This document shows, in pieces, positions 20,866 to 28,702 of a stretch of 64,000 nt of DNA. Within the stretch, counting starts at the first letter, position 1; each line of letters opens with the position of its first letter. The notes beneath the pieces are model-generated. The model saw nothing but the letters and a program-made list of their open reading frames with translations. It did no database searches and had not been told where the DNA came from. This DNA is from Alphaproteobacteria bacterium (GTDB taxonomy: Bacteria; Pseudomonadota; Alphaproteobacteria; UBA2966), in NCBI GenBank assembly GCA_964291395.2, contig OZ219856.1, forward strand, positions 224,001-288,000. Reading direction: 5' to 3'. The position numbers and the translations under genes are program-made.

Positions 20866-20941
20866 TGGCGTCCCCTAGGGGACTCGAACCCCTGTTTTCG
20901 GCGTGAGAGGCCGATGTCCTAGGCCACTAGACGAAGGGGAC
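20866..20941 (-). tRNA. tRNA-Glu (anticodon CTC)
   Basis: GTCCCCTTCGTCTAGTGGCCTAGGACATCGGCCTCTCACGCCGAAAACAGGGGTTCGAGTCCCCTAGGGGACGCCA; cloverleaf with encoded CCA. Confidence 0.97.
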
Positions 20942-21083
20942 GCCGTAACGCATAGAGATAACCGGCGATTCGCATTCGATCAAGCCTCCGGACGAACCCG
21001 GGGTGGAGGAGTGACGTCTCCCGGTCCACATCGGCGGCCATCCTGCGCCGCGACTACCGGGACGGATTGTCCGGCAGGCCGTT

Positions 21084-21713
21084 CTACGCAAGCCCGAGGC
21101 CCTGCTCGATGGCCGCACACATCAGATGGCCGACCAGGATATGCATTTCCTGGACGCGCGGGGTCTCGGAGCTGGGAACGACCAGCACGGGGTCCGTCAG
21201 ATCCTTCAACGCACCGCCGTCTCCGCCCGTGAGTCCGGCGGCCGTCATGCCCATGGTCCGCGCCGCCGTCAGCGCGCGAATGACGTTTGGGCTATTGCCG
21301 GACGTGCTGATTCCGATGGCGACGTCACCCGCCTTCCCCAGACCGAGCAGCTGACGCTCGAACACGCGATCATAGCCGTAGTCATTGGCGATTGCGGTCA
21401 ACGCCGCCGTGTCCGAGGTGAGCGCGATGGCCGGCACCGGCTTCCGGTCGGAAGCGAAGCGTCCCACGAGTTCGGCCGCGATGTGTTGCGCATCCGCGGC
21501 GCTTCCACCGTTGCCGAACAGGATGAGTTTGTGTCCGCCGGCAATCGCCTTCACGCATGCCTCGACCAGCCGGGGGAACGGTTCCGCCACCGCGTGCCGC
21601 GTGGCCTCCAGAAGCTTCCCGTGTTCTTCGAAACCGGCAACCAACAGAGCCTCGACGTTCACGGGAGTGTTCTGCACGTGCGCGAGCCTATCAAACCATT
21701 GCCCGATTTCCAT
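21084..21713 (-). CDS. gmhA: D-sedoheptulose 7-phosphate isomerase (SIS domain)
   Basis: FGNGGSAADAQHIAAEL, TAIANDYGY, ISTSGNSPNV, RVQEMH. Start codon uncertain. Confidence 0.92.
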   Translation of the reverse strand: MEIGQWFDRLAHVQNTPVNVEALLVAGFEEHGKLLEATRHAVAEPFPRLVEACVKAIAGGHKLILFGNGGSAADAQHIAAELVGRFASDRKPVPAIALTSDTAALTAIANDYGYDRVFERQLLGLGKAGDVAIGISTSGNSPNVIRALTAARTMGMTAAGLTGGDGGALKDLTDPVLVVPSSETPRVQEMHILVGHLMCAAIEQGLGLA

Positions 21714-21877
21714 TGCGTCATACTCCCAACGAGGCTGGAAAGACAAGCGCTCCGGCGGGTATTGCGAACGATCCTGCCCGGTAAGTCCGTCCTTCTGGAC
21801 GACAGTCCTTCAGACGGCCGTGCATGCCGGGAGGTTTGCCCGCGGCTCCCGATGCGCCTATCTTCGGGGCCGGTCGC

Positions 21878-21952
21878 TGGGGCGTAGCCAAGCGGTAAGG
21901 CACCGGTTTTTGGTACCGGCATGCGCAGGTTCGAATCCTGCCGCCCCAGCCA
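21878..21952 (+). tRNA. tRNA-Gln (anticodon TTG)
   Basis: TGGGGCGTAGCCAAGCGGTAAGGCACCGGTTTTTGGTACCGGCATGCGCAGGTTCGAATCCTGCCGCCCCAGCCA. Preceded by TTGCCC-17 nt-TATCTT. Confidence 0.97.
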
Positions 21953-21983
21953 ACTCCTAGTCGACCAGCCAACTCCTAGTCGA
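21946..21983 (+). repeat. Perfect 19-bp tandem duplication including the tRNA-Gln 3' end
   Basis: CCAGCCAACTCCTAGTCGA twice. Confidence 0.95.
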
Positions 21984-23436
21984 AATGCGGCGTCACGCCC
22001 GGTGGCACGGAGAATCCGAGATCGCCACGGGCGATGACCGCCTCCCGGCCGCCGTTCGCCGCGAGCTGCTCCGCCTGCCGCTTCTTCGCCCGGGCATCCA
22101 CCTCCTCCGGGTCGCAGATGGATCGGAGCTTTGCCTCGCACTCTGCGATCACCGCGTCGTAGGCCGGATCGCCGGCGAGGTCGGTCAGTTCCTCCGGATC
22201 CGCCTCGAGGTCGAAGAGCTGCGGCTCGTACTTCACGTAGTAGACGAACTTGTACTTCCCGTCGCGGATCATGAACGCGCCGGTCGTCGAGCCCATGGCG
22301 TGATACTCCGACAGGATCGTGCGCTCCGGCGTCGCCCCGTCGGCCAGGTCGAACAGCGAGACGCCGGGATGGTCCTCGTCGTACATCTCCCCGCCCGTTT
22401 CGCCGACGCATTCCATGATGAAGGGGTAGACGTCGACGTGCGACGCCGGCGCGTCGCGGACGATGCCTTGAGGAATGCCGTCGCCCATGACGATCAGGGG
22501 CACGGCGGCCGACTCCTCATACATCGTCGACTTGCCCCACAGCCCCCGCGCGCCGAGGTTGTCGCCGTGGTCGGACGTGTACATGACCCGCGTCTCGTCG
22601 GTGAGGCCGCAGGCCTCCAGGGTTCGCATGATCTTGCCGATCTGCTCGTCGACGAAGGTGCAGAGTCCGAAATAGCCGGCTCGGGCCTTGCGCACCAGAT
22701 CCTCGCTCGTGAAGTGATCGTCGTAGCACGACGATTCGGCGTAGTCCCTGACGTAAGGATGCTCCGGTCGCTCGTCCTCCGCGTAGAGCTTCGGCCAGGG
22801 CAGGTCGGGATTTCGGTAGTACTCGTAGAAGTACTCCGACGGGGCGGTGAGCGGAAAATGCGGGCTCGCGATCGAGACGAACAGCACCCACGGCTTGTCC
22901 GTGTGCCGCGGCGCCACTTCCTGGAGCCAGATCTGAGCGCGCGCGGCGGTGTCCCGGTCGTAGCGCGTATAGCTGGACTCTCCGGGCCCCGCCATGCCGG
23001 CGACCTTGTAAGCCCCCTTTCGTTTGGGCAGATCCTCCCGGATCAGGCCCATGGTGTCCCCTTTGCCCTCGATGACGTGCATGGGGATGACCTCTTCGTT
23101 GAAGCCGTTGTCGTCTTCCCCCGACCGGAAATGCAGCTTGCCGATCGAATCGACCCGGTGCCCTTTGCCGCGCAGGCGGTGATGCCAGCTCGGAACGGAG
23201 CCCTCGTAGGGATCGGCGTTGTCCCAGTAGCCGATCTGGTGGATGTACTTGCCCACGGCGAAGGACGCCCGCGCCGGAATGCAGATCGGCGAACAGGTGT
23301 AGGCGTTGGTGAACGTGGTTCCGCGGGACGCCAGCGCGTCCATGTGGGGGGTCCGGACCATGCCGTGCCCGTAGCACCCGGCGAGCGCCTTCTGGTGCTC
23401 GTCCGAAAACAGGATGAGGAGGTTCTTCGGCTCCAT
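21976..23436 (-). CDS. Sulfatase (choline-sulfatase-like, Cys-type)
   Basis: SDEH, CIPARAS (CxPxR), GKLHF, PHFP, SDHGD, LWGKSTMYEES. Confidence 0.92.
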   Translation of the reverse strand: MEPKNLLILFSDEHQKALAGCYGHGMVRTPHMDALASRGTTFTNAYTCSPICIPARASFAVGKYIHQIGYWDNADPYEGSVPSWHHRLRGKGHRVDSIGKLHFRSGEDDNGFNEEVIPMHVIEGKGDTMGLIREDLPKRKGAYKVAGMAGPGESSYTRYDRDTAARAQIWLQEVAPRHTDKPWVLFVSIASPHFPLTAPSEYFYEYYRNPDLPWPKLYAEDERPEHPYVRDYAESSCYDDHFTSEDLVRKARAGYFGLCTFVDEQIGKIMRTLEACGLTDETRVMYTSDHGDNLGARGLWGKSTMYEESAAVPLIVMGDGIPQGIVRDAPASHVDVYPFIMECVGETGGEMYDEDHPGVSLFDLADGATPERTILSEYHAMGSTTGAFMIRDGKYKFVYYVKYEPQLFDLEADPEELTDLAGDPAYDAVIAECEAKLRSICDPEEVDARAKKRQAEQLAANGGREAVIARGDLGFSVPPGVTPHFD

Positions 23437-23588
23437 CGGATCCTCGCTGTTCAATGCCTTCGCGGCGTGGATATATCACATCTCTTCGGCGCGGGCAGGG
23501 CCGCGGGCGCCGGCTTTTGCGCCGGCCCTGCCCGAACGGCTAGTCTCCGGCCGAGTCCGGCGAAGGAAACACCGAGAGGAGGATCGAG

Positions 23589-24470
23589 ATGGCGAAGAGG
23601 GTCGTGGTCACGGGAGCGAGCGGAAAGGTCGGACGCCCCACGGTGTACGAGTTGCTGGAGCACGGCTACGACGTGCTGGCGGTCGACAGGATTCCGTTCC
23701 CCGACCCGCGAGTCCCGTCGACGATCGTCGATCTGGACGACTTCGGCGCCACCTGGGATCTGATGAACGGCGTGTTGCGCCGGATGGAGAGCGGACCCGA
23801 AGCGGTGGTTCACATGGCGGCGGGACTGCCCGGCAAGCAGACCAACGCCTACACCTTCCACACGAACATCCTCGCCAAATACAACGTCTTCGAGGCATGC
23901 GCCCGGGCGGGCATCGAGCGCGTCGTCTGGGCGTCGAGCGAGACCATCCTCGGGCAGCCGTTCGACCAGGCGCCGCCCCCGTATGCGCCGCTCGACGAGA
24001 TCCCGCCGGCGCGCACCCAGGCGTTCTTCACCGGCTACGCGCTCTCCAAGCTCCTCGGAGAGCTCATGGCCCGCCAGTTCGCGGAGTGGCATCCGGCCAT
24101 GACGTTCGTCGGGCTGAGAATCGCCAACGTGCGCGACGCGGAGGCGGGGGAGTACGAGGAGTTCAAGGAGTGGCACAAGGATCCCCTGGCCCGGAGATGG
24201 AACCTGTGGGGCTACGTCGACAGCCGCGACGTGGCGCAGGCCTGCCGTCTCGGACTCGAGGCCGACGTGACCGGGGCGGACGTCTTCATCGTGGCCGCCG
24301 CGGAGACCGTCATGACAACGCCCAACGGCGAGCTGATGAAGACGGCCTTCCCCGGCGTCGAGCTCAAGGAGGGCACGGGCGAGTTTCAGACGCTGCTGTG
24401 CATCGACAAGGCGCGCCGCGTGCTGGGCTACGAGCCCAGGCACAAGTGGCGCGACCACATCGACGCCTGA
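23589..24470 (+). CDS. NAD-dependent epimerase/dehydratase
   Basis: TGASGKVG, WASSE, YALSK (YxxxK), YVDSRDVA. Confidence 0.9.
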   Translation: MAKRVVVTGASGKVGRPTVYELLEHGYDVLAVDRIPFPDPRVPSTIVDLDDFGATWDLMNGVLRRMESGPEAVVHMAAGLPGKQTNAYTFHTNILAKYNVFEACARAGIERVVWASSETILGQPFDQAPPPYAPLDEIPPARTQAFFTGYALSKLLGELMARQFAEWHPAMTFVGLRIANVRDAEAGEYEEFKEWHKDPLARRWNLWGYVDSRDVAQACRLGLEADVTGADVFIVAAAETVMTTPNGELMKTAFPGVELKEGTGEFQTLLCIDKARRVLGYEPRHKWRDHIDA

Positions 24471-24551
24471 GCGCCGATCCCGCATAGGGGCCGCGGCACG
24501 GTCCGCCGGCCCGCTGCCGCCGGCGACACCGAATGCCGGGGCGGTGCCGGG

Positions 24552-25571
24552 TCAGACCGGAACGGCTTCGGCCTCGACGCCGTCCGCTCCCGGACGTCCC
24601 GCCGCCGCCGTCGGCAGGCGGTTTCGGTCATGCGGGCGCGTGAAGTCGAGCATGGGTCCCTTCGAGACGATGCGGAACGGATTGATGCTCTCGTGGCTCG
24701 CGTAATAGTGCCGCTTGATGTGCTCCATGTTCACCGTGTCGGCAACGCCCGGATATTGATAGAGCTCGCGAAGGTAGTTGCTGAGATTGGCGTACTCCTC
24801 GATCCGCCGCTTGTTGCACTTGAAGTGTCCGACATAAACGGCGTCGAACCTCACCAGGGTGGGGAATGCCCGCCAGTCCGCTTCCGTCATGCGATCGCCC
24901 GCGAGATAGCGCCGCGTTTCCAGCCGGGCTTCCAGCATTTCGAGGGTATCGAACAGGGCGTCGAAGGCTTCCTCGTAGGCCTCCTGGGTTTGGGCGAATC
25001 CCGTCTTGTAGACTCCGTTGTTGAGGTTCTCGTACACCGGTTCGTTGATCGCGTCGATCTCGTCCCGCAGGTCGGGGGGATAGAAGTCGGGCTCGCCGTC
25101 GCCCCATTCGTTGAACTCGGCGTTGAGCATACGGACGATCTCGGGCGACTCGTTGTTGACGATGGTCTGCTCCCGCTTGTCCCAGAGCACCGGCACGGAT
25201 ACCCGTCCGGTGTAATCGTCCAGGGCCTTCTTGTAGATCTCCCGCAAATAGCGGGTGCCGTTGACCGTATCCGGAATGCAGCCGGGACCGTCGCTGAAAT
25301 GCCAGCCCTCGTCGCTCATGAGCGGATCGACGATGGATACCGAGATCACGTCCTCGAGCTTCCGCAACGCCCGGAAGACCATCGTACGATGGGCCCACGG
25401 GCAGGCGTGCGAGACGTACAGGTGATAGCGGCCGGGTTCGGCCCTGAAACCGGATGAGCCGTCCGCGGTGACGAAGTTCCTGAACGTGGTGGTGGCGCGC
25501 TGATAGCGTCCGCTCGTCTTCCCGTTGTCGTGCCAGCCCTTGATCCACTCGCCGTCGACCATCCTGCCCAT
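24552..25571 (-). CDS. Glutathionyl-hydroquinone reductase (YqjG-like GST)
   Basis: RYHLYVSHACPWAHR, VPVLWDK, IVNNES, NNGVYK, RFDAVY, HIKRHYY. Confidence 0.93.
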   Translation of the reverse strand: MGRMVDGEWIKGWHDNGKTSGRYQRATTTFRNFVTADGSSGFRAEPGRYHLYVSHACPWAHRTMVFRALRKLEDVISVSIVDPLMSDEGWHFSDGPGCIPDTVNGTRYLREIYKKALDDYTGRVSVPVLWDKREQTIVNNESPEIVRMLNAEFNEWGDGEPDFYPPDLRDEIDAINEPVYENLNNGVYKTGFAQTQEAYEEAFDALFDTLEMLEARLETRRYLAGDRMTEADWRAFPTLVRFDAVYVGHFKCNKRRIEEYANLSNYLRELYQYPGVADTVNMEHIKRHYYASHESINPFRIVSKGPMLDFTRPHDRNRLPTAAAGRPGADGVEAEAVPV

Positions 25572-25828
25572 GATTTCTCCCTACCCCTCGCGGCTTGCAT
25601 CGGCCCAAGGGCGCGTGGCCCGTCGGCAATGCTCGTCGACGCCGGTTCGTATCACCGAATTCGAGTGTTTCAAAACTCGGGGTTGTCCCGGATGACTCGG
25701 TCGGGGATATCATGGGCACGAAGCGCTCGGCGAAGCGCGCGCCGAACGAAGGTTGCGGGACCTCGGATGACGCTGGTTTCGCGGTGCCGGCTATGGTATT
25801 CAGACGCCCCCGGCGAGAGGGTTCCGCG

Positions 25829-25906
25829 ATGTTGAGCCTCCGACATCGAAATACGTGGCGACCGAAAGCGCGCGGCGTGCGGCGAACGCCGCCGATCCGG
25901 CGCTAG
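25829..25906 (+). other. Putative Arg-rich leader peptide uORF (MLSLRHRNTWRPKARGVRRTPPIRR)
   Basis: GAGAGGG RBS-like motif upstream; 8 Arg in 25 codons, four of them CGA; ends 130 nt before the GNAT gene. Confidence 0.45.
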
Positions 25907-26036
25907 CCCATTTTCGTCCCGCGCTGCCGTTCGACCGGTGGCGCACCCCCGAGCCCTCCAACCAGATGCATCCCGGCACCCGTTTCACGTCGCAGACGTA
26001 CCTTTCTCATGGATGGCTTCCGTCGGAGCACCGAAG

Positions 26037-26570
26037 ATGATCGACATCAAGGCCGAACAACCGCACCACGCCGAGGACATCGAGCGCCTTTTGGACACGG
26101 TGTTCGGCGGGGACCGTCGGTCGAAAGCCGTCTACGCTCTTCGCGAGGGTGTCGCTCCCATCGACGAGTTGTGCCACGTTGCCCTGGTCGATGGAGAGCT
26201 CCACGGGGCGATCCGATACTGGCCGGTACGGGCTCTCGACGCCGAGCGCGACCGTCACACCGATCTGCTCCTGCTCGGCCCATTGGCGGTCGATCCCGTT
26301 TTCCAGAACGCGGGCATCGGCCGGGCGCTGGTCGAGTATTCGCTCGTCCTCGCGGGACGCCGTGGGCACCGTGCCACGGTACTGGTTGGCGATCCCGCCT
26401 ACTACAGCCGATTCCGCTTCGAACGGTCGGGCGCGCGTGGCCTTCACCTCCCCGGCGAGGCGGATCAGGAGCGCGTACTGTTGCGCGAGATCGTTGGTGG
26501 GGCCGCCGCGGATTGCGTCGGAACGCTGGTCCGCGCGTCGGCCGGCGTCCCCGAACTCTGTCCCGGCTGA
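26037..26570 (+). CDS. GNAT N-acetyltransferase (YhbS-like)
   Basis: GGAG RBS; LLGPLAVDP..QNAGIG, LVGDPAYYSRF. Confidence 0.88.
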   Translation: MIDIKAEQPHHAEDIERLLDTVFGGDRRSKAVYALREGVAPIDELCHVALVDGELHGAIRYWPVRALDAERDRHTDLLLLGPLAVDPVFQNAGIGRALVEYSLVLAGRRGHRATVLVGDPAYYSRFRFERSGARGLHLPGEADQERVLLREIVGGAAADCVGTLVRASAGVPELCPG

Positions 26571-26578
26571 ATCCGCGT

Positions 26579-28702
26579 TCAGCGTCCCTCCCGATGCCAC
26601 GCCATCATCAGGGCGCCGAGCGCCAGAAGGAGTACGGCGAGCGCCGGGAAAAGGGACGTTTGCTCAACGCCCGTGACGATGTAGCTCCCGTTGGCGATGA
26701 GCCCCAGCCAATCGCTTCCCGAGGTATCCCGCCCGGGTCGGACGAGGCGCATATTCGGTACGCCATCTTCCGCGATCCAGTAGATGCCCCCGGATGTGGC
26801 TTGAACGACGGGCATCAACGTGTCGGGGGACGTTCTCACATCGGCGTATTCCTGGGCGTTCAGCGCCCCTACCACCGTCACCGCCTCGAGGTCCCCGTCG
26901 CTCACCGTGTAGAGCCCGGTCTCGCTGACCGTGGCGCTGCCAATCGCGCGTCCGCCGCCTTGATCCTCCAGCTTGACCGGTAACCGATCGCCCGACGGCG
27001 TGCTGACGGTGACCTGCTCCGGGGCGGCGCCGAGGCTGCGGCGGGTGATATCGAGCCGACTGCCCCGCGTCGAGAGCCTCAGGTCCTCCTCTTCCAGGTC
27101 GGGCTCTTTCATCAGCCAGTGCGCGAGTCTGCGGAGCAGCTCGGCCTGTGGGCCGCCACCCTCCGCGCCCCGCGCCCAGAGCCAGGCGTGGTCGGAAAGC
27201 AGCAGTGCCACGCGGCCGTCCCCGATCCGATCGAGTTGTAACAGGGGGCGGTTGTTGACGCCCTGCATGACGGTGGTGCCGCTCTCGACGACCGCGTCGA
27301 TCATCCTGAACCACCGTCCCCACTCGGGCGTTTCGGCTGCCGTACCGGCCAGATCCGCCGTCACCGGGTGCCGCTCCCCGAGGGTCGTGAGCATCGGCCT
27401 GAAGCCTTGTTCGATGACCTCTCCCGTGGGACGGCCGGGCATCACCGCCTTGAGCGGCGTCTGGTAGACGGAGAGCGGCGTGGCGAAGGCCGGGCCTACG
27501 GCGCCGAGCAGCGCGCCACCTTCCGTGATGTATCGGACAATGTTGATGAAGTAGCTCTGAGGCAGGACCCCACGCCGCCGGTAGCGGTCGAAGATGATGA
27601 GATCGAAGTCCGTCAGCTTGGTTTCGAAGAGTTCCCGGATCGGGAAGGCGATGAGGGAAAGCTCGCGGACCGGCGTGCCGTCCTGCTTTTCGGGCGGGCG
27701 CAGGATCGTAAAGTGTACGAGATCGACCGACGGATCCGCCTTCAGGAGGTTTCGCCAAGTGCGCTCGCCCGCATGAGGTTCACCTGAGACGAGCAAAACG
27801 CGGAGACGCTCGCGCACGCCGTTCACGGTGAGCGCGGCGCGATTGTTCCGTTGCGTCAGTTCGCCGCCGGCGTCTGCGACCTCGATCTCGATGATCGTCT
27901 GGCCGCCGTGGTCCAGCTTGAAGGGCACGCGCTGGTCCTTGCCCACCTCCAGCGTGTGAATCTCCTCGCGTCCGCCATCACGCCGCAAGGTGACTTGCGC
28001 CGTTCCTGGCCGCTCGCTGCCGCCGGCGTCTTCCACGCGCAGCGTGAGCTGGAGCTCCGAGTTCACCATGCCGTAGCTCGGGGCCTCGGCGACGACGAGT
28101 CGGCGGTCCGACTCGCCCCGCTCTCCGGTGAGCAGGACATGAAGGGGCTTCAGGTTCCCGACCCGGGGTGCGCGCGTCGGATCGCGGGGAGTGTCGTGCA
28201 CTTGCCCGTCCGTGATGAAAACGGCACCGGCGATGCGGTCCAGCGGAATGTCCGCCAGCGCCAGATCGAGGGCGCTGAACAATCTCGTCCCTTCCGGTGC
28301 CGCGCCGATAGCGTCGGCCTGGTCTGACGATCCGACGCCGGTCGTGCCCGCATCGATCATCCGGACTTCCACGTTCGACAACCGCTGAAGCCGTTCCCGC
28401 ACCACGCGGAGGGTCTGGTCCGTCTGTTCCCGTCTGGTGCCAATGCGCTGGCTAGGGGAGCGGTCGACGACCACGGCGACCACGTCGGTCAGTAGATCAC
28501 GGTTTTCGGTGTTGAGAGTCGGGTTGGCCAGCGCTCCGATGGCAATCGCCAGTGCCGCTCCGCGCCAGCCCGCCCCCGTGGCGCGCTTCCTGAAGGCGAT
28601 GGCCGTCAGCAGGGCGGCGAAAGCCGAAAACGCGCCGATGACCGCCCACGGCAAAAGGGGCGCGAAGGACACCGATGTCATGGCGGCCGCGCTGCTCGTC
28701 AC
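26579..28702 (-). CDS. Conserved membrane protein of the MoxR operon (vWA-like DRSPSQ plus glutamine amidotransferase-like domain)
   Basis: N- and C-terminal TM segments; VVDRSPSQ, ITDGQVHD, LLVSGEPHAGERTWRNLLKADPSVDLVHFTILRPP. Confidence 0.82.
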   Translation of the reverse strand: MTSSAAAMTSVSFAPLLPWAVIGAFSAFAALLTAIAFRKRATGAGWRGAALAIAIGALANPTLNTENRDLLTDVVAVVVDRSPSQRIGTRREQTDQTLRVVRERLQRLSNVEVRMIDAGTTGVGSSDQADAIGAAPEGTRLFSALDLALADIPLDRIAGAVFITDGQVHDTPRDPTRAPRVGNLKPLHVLLTGERGESDRRLVVAEAPSYGMVNSELQLTLRVEDAGGSERPGTAQVTLRRDGGREEIHTLEVGKDQRVPFKLDHGGQTIIEIEVADAGGELTQRNNRAALTVNGVRERLRVLLVSGEPHAGERTWRNLLKADPSVDLVHFTILRPPEKQDGTPVRELSLIAFPIRELFETKLTDFDLIIFDRYRRRGVLPQSYFINIVRYITEGGALLGAVGPAFATPLSVYQTPLKAVMPGRPTGEVIEQGFRPMLTTLGERHPVTADLAGTAAETPEWGRWFRMIDAVVESGTTVMQGVNNRPLLQLDRIGDGRVALLLSDHAWLWARGAEGGGPQAELLRRLAHWLMKEPDLEEEDLRLSTRGSRLDITRRSLGAAPEQVTVSTPSGDRLPVKLEDQGGGRAIGSATVSETGLYTVSDGDLEAVTVVGALNAQEYADVRTSPDTLMPVVQATSGGIYWIAEDGVPNMRLVRPGRDTSGSDWLGLIANGSYIVTGVEQTSLFPALAVLLLALGALMMAWHREGR

